Shown: in pieces, positions 57,301-63,364 of the stretch
Position numbering within the stretch: position 1 is the first letter of the stretch
Layout: each line of letters begins with the position of its first letter
Origin: Stegostoma tigrinum
Taxonomy: Eukaryota
Length of the DNA: 64,000 nucleotides
NCBI RefSeq assembly: GCF_030684315.1
Contig: NC_081355.1
Coordinates: forward strand, 22,221,316 to 22,285,315
Direction: 5' to 3'
Made by a program: the position numbers and the translations under genes
Notes under the pieces: model-generated
What the model was told of the DNA's origin: nothing
The model's input: the letters and a program-made list of their open reading frames with translations, nothing else
Databases searched by the model: none

Positions 57301-58994
57301 GTGCCTTCTTCCCTGGACTTCTTTCTTCCATCACGCAATACCTGTTTTCCTGAGATCTTACCCATGCACTCCTCCTTTCAATCTAAAATCTCTCCTCCCA
57401 CCCCCTCTCTTGGCCTCACTGCAAAGCCTCCTAAAATGACCTCCAACCTGGCTCCAGGACTTTGAATCTGGGACTACAGGGTAGTGGCCAGGTTGATTAA
57501 TTTGGCCAACAGGTTTCTGAGGTGGGGAGCAGAAATCTTGCTTCCAGTCAATTACCCTTCCTTTGGGTATTAAATAGCTGTGCGGCAATTGGCACCAGAC
57601 GGAAGAAATTCCCTGGAGTCCAGAAATGTGGAGCTGGAAAAGCACAGCAGGTCAGACAGCATCCGAAGAGCAGGAAAGTCAACATTTTGCACTGAAACTC
57701 TTCATCAGGACTCTGCCTCTTTGGCTAGCAGCTGGGAAAAGGCTTGCCACTTACAATACCCAGCTCCTGCAAAAGGTAGGTATCCCATTTTCTAGAGCTT
57801 TTATCCTTAACGTCGAAGAATACATAATTTTTTTAAAAGTTACATTTACGTAGTACCTTTCATGATGACTGTCCCAAAGTGCTTTCTGGCCAATGAAATA
57901 CTTTTGTATTGCAGTGACTTTTGAGGTGTAGCAAATCTGACACCCAACCTGTTTTCAGCAAGCTGCCACACAGAACAATGTAGTATTGACCATATCTTTG
58001 TTTTTGTGATGTTGATTGAGGGCTGAATATTGGCCCAAGAGCACTATGTATAATGCCAAGGGTTTTTTTATTGTGTATATGTAAATCATTGATAATGAGG
58101 GAGCAGACAAGACCCTGGTTAAAAATCATTGATTAGCACCACTACACAGCTCTTCCTTAGTGTTGCACTGGCATGTCAGACTAGATGTTTGTGCTCGACT
58201 GTGAGTTGAATATAGGATTTTCTGACTCAGTGGAGTGAGCATTACCAAATGGACCACCACTGACACTGCAATTCAGTTCAAAAAGCATCTTAAAGACTCT
58301 GCCTTCTCCATCTGAACACACAGATCAAGCTAAAACATTAACCAACCAATACAAATAAAACCGCAGGTCTCACCATGCTGAAGTTGCTCAATTTGCTCAG
58401 GAACTTTCGAAATCGAGTTACGTATCGCATTGCAAATCCTCTTCTGAATGCGTTCCTCCACTTTCTTTAGTTGGTCAAAGTCCTGGATTATTTGGACATA
58501 ACTTCTTGAGGGATATGAGCCAATATGTTGTAGCTCAGACACATTGGCATCTTTGATTCCAAAAGCAAACACTGTAATGCCAGAACGCCGTAGGGCAGTG
58601 GCTGGATCTATCACATCGTCCTGGGATTTGCCATCAGTTATCACCACTGCGATCTGAGGGACACCTTGGTTTATGCGACTACCATACCTTGGGACAAAGT
58701 ATCTCTGCTTGATGTATTCAATGGCTGCCCCTGTGTAAGTTCCTCCCCCTCGGTACGGTAAGTTTTGGATCTCTCTCAGGATGTCAGATTTGTTCTTAAA
58801 ATCGTTCAGATGAATGTTTGGATTTGTAAGTGTGCTGTACTGAATCAAACCAATTCGGACCTTTTCACGTGCAACATCCAAGGCTTTGACAAGATTGTAA
58901 AGGAACTGACGCATCAGTTGAAATCTTCCCTCTCCAATGCTGCTTGATTCGTCCACAACAAAAACGATATCAGCAACAGTAGCTGTTTGGCACA
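13..58994 (-). CDS. COL6A6: Collagen VI long chain (alpha-4/5/6 family, COL6A6-like), partial multi-exon CDS: join of 58374-58994, 52078-52638, 47520-48080, 41214-41789, 39934-40500, 37504-38100, 30898-31518, 27018-27578, 22424-22984, 17448-18023, 15045-15611, 11951-12297, 9178-9256, 2841-2986, 2290-2382, 13-66
   Basis: 16 exons with AG/GT boundaries and compatible phases give one open frame: tandem vWA domains (DxSxS..T..TDG), an N1 domain ([29 protein letters not shown]), CCxxxCxC, then Gly-X-Y. Domain order matches mammalian COL6A5/A6 as recalled. Exact orthology within COL6A4/5/6 is uncertain. Start and stop are outside the window. Confidence 0.9.
389..581. mobile_element. Palindromic Penelope-like (pLTR) remnant with 13-bp TSD
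   Basis: Near-perfect inverted arms (acaacaaagcgtgaagctggatgaacacagcaggcc... / ...ggcctgctgtgttcatccagcttcacgctttgttgt). Direct repeat ATGTTGTCATAGA at 376-388 and 582-594. Confidence 0.75.
833..1182 (+). mobile_element. tRNA-derived SINE (Meta-domain-like core, LINE-derived tail)
   Basis: A/B-box head, core cctttagggaaggaaac...ctggtctggcctgcatgtgac, tail aattagggatgggca..aaatgctgg...gaatgaataaa. The same family recurs at about 9.6, 14.5, 21.6, 44.0 and 55.9 kb. Confidence 0.75.
2290..2382 (-). CDS. COL6A6: Collagen VI exon O: Cys-rich junction and start of triple helix (93 nt, phase 0-0); not in the ORF track
   Basis: cacaag|AGAGCAGTTGCC...ACAAAG|gtaaga; [31 protein letters not shown]. The acceptor was chosen by phase among adjacent AGs. 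Confidence 0.85.
2841..2986 (-). CDS. COL6A6: Collagen VI exon N: N1 vWA domain part 3 (146 nt, phase 1-0)
   Basis: ttccag|GAGTCCATGCA...AAGATA|gtaagt; [12 protein letters not shown]...[14 protein letters not shown]. Confidence 0.9.
6185..6525 (+). mobile_element. CR1 LINE 3' fragment
   Basis: Degenerate ..FPRMG.SRTRGH.FKVRG...FTQRVV..W coding end plus 3' UTR. Confidence 0.7.
7300..8400 (-). mobile_element. PIF/Harbinger (HARBI1-like DDE) transposase relic
   Basis: Minus strand about 8070-8212 reads FPVVVKV / [34 protein letters not shown], matching the HARBI1-type motif (F)YASGSFQ...GISQS..H.CI..V..AL. Boundaries approximate. Confidence 0.6.
7745..7926. mobile_element. Older palindromic Penelope-like remnant, second family
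   Basis: gaaattgctggaaaagctcagcaggtctggcag... and its inverse ...ctgccaggcttgctgagcttttccagtaatttc. Confidence 0.6.
9178..9256 (-). CDS. COL6A6: Collagen VI exon M: N1 vWA domain part 2 (79 nt, phase 0-1); not in the ORF track
   Basis: ctgcag|ATGATTTTATTC...GAAAATG|gtaaat; [26 protein letters not shown](G), matching the family motif F(S/T)DGLD...LR.EG. Confidence 0.88.
9640..9992 (-). mobile_element. tRNA-derived SINE (same family as 833-1182)
   Basis: Reverse complement of head (gggatttgaacccaggaccccagaacattacctg...cactaggcca) and core (ttccttccctaaa). Confidence 0.65.
10758..10781. repeat. Poly-G run (about 24 nt)
   Basis: Directly visible; a shorter G-run lies at 9720-9732. Confidence 0.9.
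11951..12297 (-). CDS. COL6A6: Collagen VI exon L: N1 vWA domain part 1 (347 nt, phase 1-0)
   Basis: caccag|CCTGTACCATA...ATCAAG|gtagcg; [15 protein letters not shown]...SLSAVSC...LNAKTLESF. Confidence 0.9.
12920..13690 (-). mobile_element. Stacked CR1 LINE 3' fragments
   Basis: Two tails of the type ggagcaggagtaggccatt...ccccttga (12937, 13205), each followed by degenerate RT C-terminal sequence. Confidence 0.6.
15045..15611 (-). CDS. COL6A6: Collagen VI exon K: vWA domain, N2-type, copy 2 (567 nt, phase 1-1)
   Basis: ttccag|ATTGTGAACTA...CCACAGG|gttagt; [18 protein letters not shown]...VITDG...LCTESPQ. Confidence 0.93.
15968..16286 (-). mobile_element. HE1-type V-SINE
   Basis: Reverse complement of cagtggttagcactgctgcc...ctgtgtggagtttgcac...cctcccacagtccaaagatgt...ggttaggtagattggccatg...gggattc. 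Confidence 0.85.
17448..18023 (-). CDS. COL6A6: Collagen VI exon J: vWA domain, N3-type, copy 2 (576 nt, phase 1-1)
   Basis: tttcag|CTTGCAGAAGG...AAACCAG|gtgggt; [19 protein letters not shown]...IVITDG...ICTKTKP. The exon extends 5' of the listed ORF start. Confidence 0.92.
18160..18657 (-). mobile_element. CR1 LINE 3' fragment
   Basis: Tail aacagtacagcacagtacaggcccttcggccc followed by frameshifted RT C-terminus (LE..QRRFT.MLPG); same lineage as 45.9 and 49.3 kb. Confidence 0.8.
19561..19895 (+). mobile_element. Two tandem Penelope pLTR fragments with hammerhead-like cores
   Basis: ctgaagaagggtcccgacccgaaatgtc at 19571-19598 and ctgaagaagggtcctgactcgaaacatc at 19792-19819, each followed by the cctgctgtgttc..ccagct..ac...gttatc...ccagcatc tail. 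Confidence 0.7.
20150..21240 (-). mobile_element. Degenerate CR1 LINE fragment
   Basis: Decayed RT motifs (FFEEVT...DFQK.F.K...RLL) and 3' UTR on the minus strand. Confidence 0.65.
21242..21605 (+). mobile_element. Degenerate CR1 LINE 3' fragment (continues at about 22225-22335 after a SINE insertion)
   Basis: RDLG...[13 protein letters not shown] (ORF 21359-21571). Confidence 0.65.
21620..22220 (+). mobile_element. tRNA-derived SINE with six-fold amplified tail
   Basis: Well-preserved head and core of the 833-1182 family; tail repeated in tandem. Confidence 0.8.
21897..22204. repeat. 52-bp tandem repeat, 6 copies
   Basis: Unit aattagggatgggcaataaatgctgtctggtcagcgagaccctcatc(t/a)gg(a/g)c starts at 21897, 21949, 22001, 22053, 22105 and 22157. 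Confidence 0.95.
22424..22984 (-). CDS. COL6A6: Collagen VI exon I: vWA domain, N4-type, copy 2 (561 nt, phase 1-1)
   Basis: tttcag|CTTGCAATCCT...CATGAAA|gtgagt; [19 protein letters not shown]...IVITDG...TCNSHE. Confidence 0.93.
23495..23835 (+). mobile_element. HE1-type V-SINE
   Basis: gcctcacagtgccaggaacccaggtt...tgtggaatttgcacg...gatgtgcaggttaggtggattggccatgcta...gggattctatgattcta. Confidence 0.85.
24466..24670. mobile_element. Palindromic Penelope-like remnant with hammerhead core and 15-bp TSD (2 mismatches)
   Basis: Inverted arms; ctgatgaagggtctaggcccgaaatgtc at 24577-24604; flanks ggaggtagtcatgtg (24451-24465) and ggaagtggtcatgtg (24671-24685). Confidence 0.8.
25368..25690 (+). mobile_element. 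HE1-type V-SINE, near full length
   Basis: gtggtggctcagtggtgagcactgctgcctca...ggttcaattcc...tgtgtggagtttgcacattctccccgtgtctg...gggcctgtttccgcactgtaggga. Confidence 0.9.
26470..26640 (+). mobile_element. Harbinger-associated Myb/SANT-like ORF relic
   Basis: FLDAHLE / [22 protein letters not shown] resembles FS..ELE.L...V..RR.ILF of Myb/SANT (NAIF1/MSANTD-type) domains; frameshifted. Confidence 0.45.
27018..27578 (-). CDS. COL6A6: Collagen VI exon H: vWA domain, N5-type, copy 2 (561 nt, phase 1-1)
   Basis: tttcag|GCTGTGTTGAA...GACAAAG|gtatgg; [19 protein letters not shown]...ITITDG...ICLDK. Confidence 0.93.
30898..31518 (-). CDS. COL6A6: Collagen VI exon G: vWA domain, N6-type, copy 2 (621 nt, phase 1-1)
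   Basis: ttacag|TGTGTCTGTCA...GAGCAAG|gtgaga; [19 protein letters not shown]...[12 protein letters not shown]...ICNEI. Confidence 0.93.
31840..32705 (-). mobile_element. Degenerate CR1/L2-group LINE fragment
   Basis: Tail catccctaattgccc.tgagaaggtg; RT motif GVPQDSVL at about 32220-32245. Confidence 0.65.
33690..33921. mobile_element. Palindromic Penelope-like remnant with two hammerhead cores and perfect 15-bp TSD
   Basis: About 95-bp inverted arms centred on aaaagctttt (33780-33789); CCAAGTAGATCAAGT at 33675-33689 and 33922-33936. Confidence 0.85.
33752..33779 (-). ncRNA. Minimal type-I hammerhead ribozyme core, Penelope-associated (putative)
   Basis: Minus strand CUGAAGA-A-GGGU(CUAG)GCCC-GAAA-CG-UC. 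A mirror copy CUGAUGA-A-AGGU(CUAG)GCCU-GAAA-CG-UC is on the + strand at 33790-33817. Activity untested. Confidence 0.6.
35620..35830 (-). mobile_element. Short tRNA-headed SINE (partial sister copy at about 2640-2780)
   Basis: Minus-strand head ttagctcaattgactgga; body aactggtgg..tttaacct..ggg..accac.c.t.aggc.aggggag..gttgaga.gg.gagtcctt shared by both copies. Confidence 0.5.
35870..36152 (+). mobile_element. HE1-type V-SINE
   Basis: ggttagcactga...accagggacctgagttcaatt...ctgtctgtgtggagtttgcac...agggattcta. Confidence 0.85.
36811..37093 (-). mobile_element. HE1-type V-SINE
   Basis: catagaatccctacag...ccacctaacctgcacatctttggactgtgggaggaaac...aaactccacac. Confidence 0.85.
37504..38100 (-). 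CDS. COL6A6: Collagen VI exon F: divergent vWA domain, N7-type (597 nt, phase 1-1), degenerate MIDAS, no flanking Cys
   Basis: tatcag|GTCCTGTTGCTGAT...CCATCAG|gtaaaa; [15 protein letters not shown]...[10 protein letters not shown]...[11 protein letters not shown]. Resembles the first vWA domain of mammalian alpha-5/6 chains. Confidence 0.88.
39934..40500 (-). CDS. COL6A6: Collagen VI exon E: vWA domain, N2-type, copy 1 (567 nt, phase 1-1)
   Basis: ttctag|TTTGTGATGTT...GCGGAAG|gttagt; [18 protein letters not shown]...VITDG...LCTPPAE. Confidence 0.93.
41214..41789 (-). CDS. COL6A6: Collagen VI exon D: vWA domain, N3-type, copy 1 (576 nt, phase 1-1)
   Basis: tcacag|ATTGCTGGAAG...AAGCCCG|gtgagt; [19 protein letters not shown]...VITDG...FCHDSKP. 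Confidence 0.93.
42294..42358. repeat. (GT)n microsatellite
   Basis: Directly visible, with interruptions. Confidence 0.95.
42390..42610 (+). mobile_element. Putative short solo LTR
   Basis: TGTA...TACA termini, internal CCAAT and AATAAA (about 42558); only a 3-bp flanking match (aac). Confidence 0.45.
43963..44317 (-). mobile_element. tRNA-derived SINE (same family as 833-1182), nested in CR1
   Basis: tttattcattcacaggatgagggcgtcgctgg...ccttccctaaag..cattagtgaaccag...ggattcgaacccaggtccc. Confidence 0.8.
45914..46931 (-). mobile_element. Young 5'-truncated CR1 LINE; uninterrupted 300-aa RT C-terminus and (TTCTATG)n tail
   Basis: ORF 46003-46905: [39 protein letters not shown]; tail agaacatagaacatagaac. 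Confidence 0.95.
47100..47365. repeat. Diverged 28-bp minisatellite, about 9.5 units
   Basis: Units of consensus cctactcccaatgaaaggttaatgaaag start at 47104, 47132, 47160, 47188, 47216, 47244, 47273, 47301, 47329 and 47357. Confidence 0.8.
47520..48080 (-). CDS. COL6A6: Collagen VI exon C: vWA domain, N4-type, copy 1 (561 nt, phase 1-1)
   Basis: tttcag|TCTGCAGTCAGCTT...CAAAAAG|gtgtgt; [19 protein letters not shown]...IVITDG...ICSSQK. The exon extends 5' of the listed ORF start. Confidence 0.92.
48545..50045 (-). mobile_element. CR1 LINE fragment with a younger CR1 3' end (49290-49768) nested inside
   Basis: ORFs 48664-48882 and 49371-49763 ([14 protein letters not shown]...FFTQRVV..WN.LP); the host resumes at attaaactccatctgcc (49771). 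Confidence 0.9.
50150..50640 (+). mobile_element. PIF/Harbinger (HARBI1-like DDE) transposase relic
   Basis: From 50223: [41 protein letters not shown]...LVFP. From about 50520: [32 protein letters not shown], compare LGDSGYPL..WLMTP..NP....E..YN.AH. Confidence 0.75.
52078..52638 (-). CDS. COL6A6: Collagen VI exon B: vWA domain, N5-type, copy 1 (561 nt, phase 1-1)
   Basis: tttcag|GCTGTTCTGAA...AAGCAAG|gtaaga; [19 protein letters not shown]...ITITDG...MCSKQ. Confidence 0.93.
52900..53366 (-). mobile_element. 5'-truncated Penelope-like element: GIY-YIG C-terminus, 3' pLTR and inverted 5' pLTR piece
   Basis: Minus 53238-53297 encodes [20 protein letters not shown] (Penelope endonuclease end, compare FRLGTLQP.GLN), then a C/T-rich 3' region and the pLTR at 52900-53020; inverted piece cccgaaacgtc...ctgctgtgttcctc at 53298-53366. 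Confidence 0.8.
53925..55460 (-). mobile_element. Old CR1/L2-group LINE fragment
   Basis: Colinear similarity to 24190-25860 and 31840-32705 (tail ccagcatttttggtccaaccctggttgc; ttcagctcttttgtccatgtttgga). Confidence 0.6.
55538..55885 (+). repeat. Three tandem copies of a ~110-bp tRNA-like SINE (another copy on minus at about 26835-26920)
   Basis: gtggtagtgtccctacctctga...ggttcaagtccc..ctg.tcca....gtgtaataacatctctgaacaggttgatt at about 55540, 55670 and, truncated, 55830. Confidence 0.7.
55885..56225 (+). mobile_element. tRNA-derived SINE (same family as 833-1182), degenerate
   Basis: ggcagatggtgaaatttgaatt...ctggtccggcctatgtgtgaccccagacccacagcaa...cccacatccctcatacgaataaaa. Confidence 0.65.
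56410..56770 (+). mobile_element. DeuSINE-like element, degenerate (a related minus-strand copy at about 57860-58268)
   Basis: tcagccatggttca...gagtcagaag...gaggctgacac...tgtccttcagaggaaatgttaaaccaagg resembles the Deu-domain consensus as recalled. Confidence 0.5.
58374..58994 (-). CDS. COL6A6: Collagen VI exon A: vWA domain, N6-type, copy 1 (621 nt, phase 1-1)
   Basis: tctcag|TGTGCCAAACAGCT...CAGCATG|gtgaga; [19 protein letters not shown]...[12 protein letters not shown]...ICNAI. Confidence 0.93.
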
Positions 58995-59389
58995 CTGAGA
59001 GAAAAAATGAACAAATTATAACAATAAGACTACACCTCTCTTGCACAACGGAACATTCCAGAACCAGGCCATGATTATTCACTTGTTGTCACACGGCCGA
59101 CCAATACATATCGCCCATCCCTAGGTGCTGTAGAGATGGTGGTAGTGAGCTGCCATTTTCCTGACTGAACACTGATGATGTGTCAAGGTCCTATTAGTGC
59201 CCTTTGAGGACCAGATAAGTGGACCAATGTGAATGGTGAGGGACTGAAGTGTGGCGGCGCTGAAGGTGGGACAATGGATGAATGAATACAGAAGAAGGAA
59301 TGAGGGGGAGTGCGTGGGAACAACAAGCATATCTGTTCAGAGCTATGAGGCATGGAGAAGGAAATAAATGGGAATAGAGGAGGAACAAA

Positions 59390-59890
59390 GCAAGGGCTGG
59401 GGGAGATGAAACCCAGCCAAGGGAATGAAGCAGGGCTGAGGGAGTGAAGTAGGGCTTGGGGAGTGAAGCAGGGCTGAGGTACTGAAGCTGGGTTGAGGGA
59501 GTAAGGCAGGGCTTGGGGACTGAATCTGGACTGAGAGAACAAGGCAGGGCTTGGGGAATGAAGCTGGGCTGAGGGAGTGAAGTAGGGCTTGGGGAGTGAA
59601 GCAGGGCTGAGGTACTGAAGCTGGGTTGAGGGAGTAAGGCAGGGCTTGGGGACTGAATCTGGACTGAGAGAACAAGGCAGGGCTTGGGGAATGAAGCTGG
59701 GCTGAGGGAGTAAGGCAGGGGTGAGGCAGTGAGGCAGGGCTGGAGGAGTCATACAGGGCTGAAGGAATGAAGCATGGCTTGGAGACTGAAGCTGGGCTTG
59801 GTGGTAGGGACTGGGAGAAGCAAGGCCAGAGAAATAAAACAAAGCTAAGGAAATGAAGCAGGGCTTGGGGGATGAAGAAGGGCTGGGAAA
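59390..59890. repeat. G-rich 19-bp minisatellite with 133-bp (7-mer) higher-order duplication
   Basis: Unit about gcagggctgagggagtgaa; blocks starting at 59421, 59554 and 59687 are near-identical. Confidence 0.9.
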
Positions 59891-61519
59891 ATCACAGGGA
59901 AAAATGAACGAAGCTGAGAGTTGGGGAAAATCTGATCTAGCTGCAGCAGTTGAAAAGAGTCAAGAGTCATTATGTGTCTGAGGCTGGTATGGTTGCTCTG
60001 GATTTATAGTCCACAGATTGGAATTTTGTTCTGAGGGGGAGCTGCTAGAAAAGAAGGATTAAATTTTCAGGTGCAGAGCAAAATGTGCCAACGATAGACG
60101 TGTTTTGGGTTATGCGAGGAGCTGGCTTTGACAGTGCATTCATCTGCTTTAAGGAATGCTTCTGAGCCTGGGATCTGTTCCATACATTCATATGACTGGC
60201 TAACTTGCATTCTAAAAGGGGAATTTCAAGGAAGAATTGCTGCATTGCAAGATTTATGATCCAAATCAATGGCCACAAGCTTAAAGGGACAACGGCACGA
60301 TGGAGCTAGAAGTGACTAAGGAACAGAAAGCAGGGAGCAATGCTGAGCCATTGTTTTCTCAGACAAGGGAGAAACATACAGTGGCATTCTGCGGAAATCA
60401 CTGTTAAGACCGTGACTGTGTTTAACGTTTTATAAAGGTCACTTTATTTTTTGGATTGTGGACTTTAAAACTTGGACAGTACACTGCTTTAAACCAAGGG
60501 GCTGTGGAAAAGCTGTGGCAGTTTTAAAAGTAAAGAGTTCCCAGGATTCAATGTGCAATGTAATGTGTAAGGTTCACTGGTTGAACCAGTGGAGGAGGAC
60601 GATAGAAATCTGAGCTCTGCAGGCTGTTTTGCCCAGTGATAGGCTTTTGATCGGTTTTTCAACCTGGACCAGTTTTATGTGTGTTCAAGACTTCTTGGCT
60701 TGGTCCTGAGCGAGAAGTTACAATATTATGTTTGGACGATACAGCAGAAACATCTAGTCTATCTCTTTCTTCCTTCTGTGATTGGAAAAGTGAAAGAAAA
60801 GTCTGAGGATCTAGCTTCTCCATCCCTCTCTGCTAATTCTCTTCTTGAAAGGTAAAGAGGGAAAATCAACTTCAGAAAGGGTGAACTAAATTGGTAGGTA
60901 AATTAGAGGTGTAATTGTATGCCAGGGCTCGGAAACAGGGACATCCGAAGGGCTAGCATAACATTTGGCTTGAAAATAAATAACGGGGAAACACATATAC
61001 TTCAAGTAGTGAGATACTGGAATCAGATCACACTGAGTGACAGGGAAAGTAGGTTGACCATGAACAGAAAACAAAGACGTCAGAAATAAAGATGGCAGAA
61101 GAATATGAGGTAAGGGAATTGGAGTTGAAGAGAATGGAAATGATCAAACTAGAAATCAGAATTGCAGAGAAAATGAGAAGGCAAAGCCAGAAAGCATGAA
61201 CATAAGCTTAAAGAGCTACTGTTATAAGAGCCATACAGCACAGAAACAGACCCTTCAGTCCAATCAGTCCATGCCAAACATAATTCCAAACTAAACTAGT
61301 CCCACCTGCCTTTTCCTGGCCCGTATCCCTCCAAGCCTTTCCTATTCATACGTCTATCCAAATGTCTTTTAAATGTTGAAATTGGAACCACATCCACCAC
61401 ATGTGAACTATCCTCTGTGTAAAGAATTTGCCTCTTATGACATTTATAAACCTAACTCCCCTCATCTTAAAAATGTGCCCCCTAGTCCTATTACATTGTC
61501 CTTATGGACCATCCTTATA

Positions 61520-62935
61520 GCCATAAGACCATAAGACATAGGAGTGGAAGTAAGGCCATTCGGCTCATCAAGTCCACTCCGCCATTTAAATCATGGCTGA
61601 TAGGCATTTCAACTCCACTTCCCTGCAATGTCCCCGTAGCCCTTGATTCCTTGTGAGATCAAGAATTTGTCGATCTCTGCCTTGAAGGCATCTAACGTCC
61701 TAGCCACCACTGCACTCCGTGGTAATGAATTCCACAAGCCCACCACACTCTGGCTGAAGAAATGTCATCTCATTTCAGTTTTAAATTTACCCTCTCTAAT
61801 TTTAAGGCTGTGCCCACAGACCCTAGTCTCCCTGCCTAATGGAAACAACTTCCTAGCGTCCACCCCTTCTAAGCCAGACATTATCTTGTAAGTTTCTATT
61901 AGATCTCCCCTCAACCTTCTAAACTCTAATGGGTACAATCCCAGGATCCTTTGCCGTTTATCATACGTTAAACCTACCATTCCAGGGATCATCCGTGTGA
62001 ATCTCCGCTGGACACGCTCCAGGGCTAGAATGTCCTTCCTGAGGTGTGGGGCCCAAAATTGGATACAGTATTCTAAATGGGGCCTAACTAGAGCCTTATA
62101 AGGCCTCAGAAGCACATCGCTGCTTTTATATTCCAACCCTCTTGAGATAAACGACAACATTACATTCGCTTTCTTCATCACGGACTCTACCTGCAAGTTA
62201 ACCTTCAGAGAATCCTGGACCAACACTCCCAGATCCCTTTGTACTTCTGCTTTACAAATTTTCTCACCATTTAGAAAATAGTCCATGCCTGTATTCTTTT
62301 TTCCAAAGTGCAAAACCTCACATTTACTCACATTGAATTTCATCAGCCATTTCCTGGACCACTCTCCTAAACTGTCTAAATCTTTCTGCAGCCTCCCCAC
62401 CGCCTCAGTACTACCTGCCTGTCCACCTATCTTTGTATCATCGGCGAACTTTGCCAGAATGCCCCCAGTCCCTTCATCCAGATCATTAATATACCAGGTG
62501 AACGGCTGCGGCCCCAACACTGAACCCTGTGGGACACCACTCATCACCGGTTGCCATTCCGAAAAAGAGCCTTTCATCCCAACTCTCTGCCTTCTGTCAG
62601 ACAGCCAATCCTCAATCCAAGCCAGTAGCTCACCTTGAACACCATGGGCCCTCACCTTGCTCAGCAGCCTCCCGTGAGGCACCGTATCAAAGGCCTTTTG
62701 GAAGTCTAGATAGATAATATCCACTGGGTTTCCCTGGTCTAACATACTTGTTACCTCTTCAAAGAATTCTAACAGGTTTGTCAGGCACGACCTCCCCTTA
62801 CTAAAACCGTGCTGACTTGTTCTAATCTGACCCTGCACTTCCAGGAATTTAGAAAGCTCATCTTTGACAATGGATTCTAGAATTTTACCAACTACCGAGG
62901 TTAGGCTAATCAGCCTATAATTTTCCATCTTTTTC
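61520..62935 (-). mobile_element. Young 5'-truncated CR1 LINE, 387-aa RT ORF and (TCTTATGG)n tail
   Basis: ORF 61765-62928: [38 protein letters not shown]; one premature stop near the C-terminus; tail ccataagaccataagacata. An older CR1 tail is adjacent at 61220-61490. Confidence 0.95.
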
Positions 62936-63094
62936 CTTATCTACCCTTTCCAAAACATTTTATCAGGTTAGTTAATCATGATTTAGCTTTTTGAAATCCA
63001 GACTGGCTTTCTTTTTCTTTATATACACATACATCACTTCCTTTGACACAGAATCAATAAATAATATAATATTGAGTGGTCTGTTTTCCCCCAT

Positions 63095-63364
63095 TTGGTT
63101 CAGTGATTAGTGCTGCTTCCTCACAGGGCCAAGGGCCCAGGTTGAAGTCCATCCCTGGAGTCTAAAGATGTGCAGGTTACGTGGATTGACCATGCTAAAT
63201 TGCCCCTAGTGTCCAGGGATGTGTAGGCTACATGGATAACCCATAGGAAATGCAAGGTTACAGATGTGTATGGGGGGGTGGTGGTCTGGGTGGGATGCTC
63301 TTCACAGAGTCAGTGTGGATTCAATGGGCTGAATGGCCTGCTTCCACACTGTAGGGATTCTATG
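63095..63364 (+). mobile_element. HE1-type V-SINE with internal deletion
   Basis: ggttcagtgattagtgctgcttcctcacag...aaagatgtgcaggttacgtggattgaccatgctaaattgcccc...ctgtagggattctatg. Confidence 0.8.

Noticed and set aside
15045-58994. Two separate tandem collagen VI genes, or an assembly false duplication
   Set aside because: No N1, triple-helix or C-terminal exons lie between E and F, and their phases are compatible. The paralogous exons are far too diverged (roughly 40-60% aa identity) to be uncollapsed haplotypes.
59183-59842. 219-aa Pro/Ser-rich ORF as a mucin-like exon
   Set aside because: It is the translation of a 19-bp minisatellite (period not a multiple of 3), open in several frames, with no supported splice sites.
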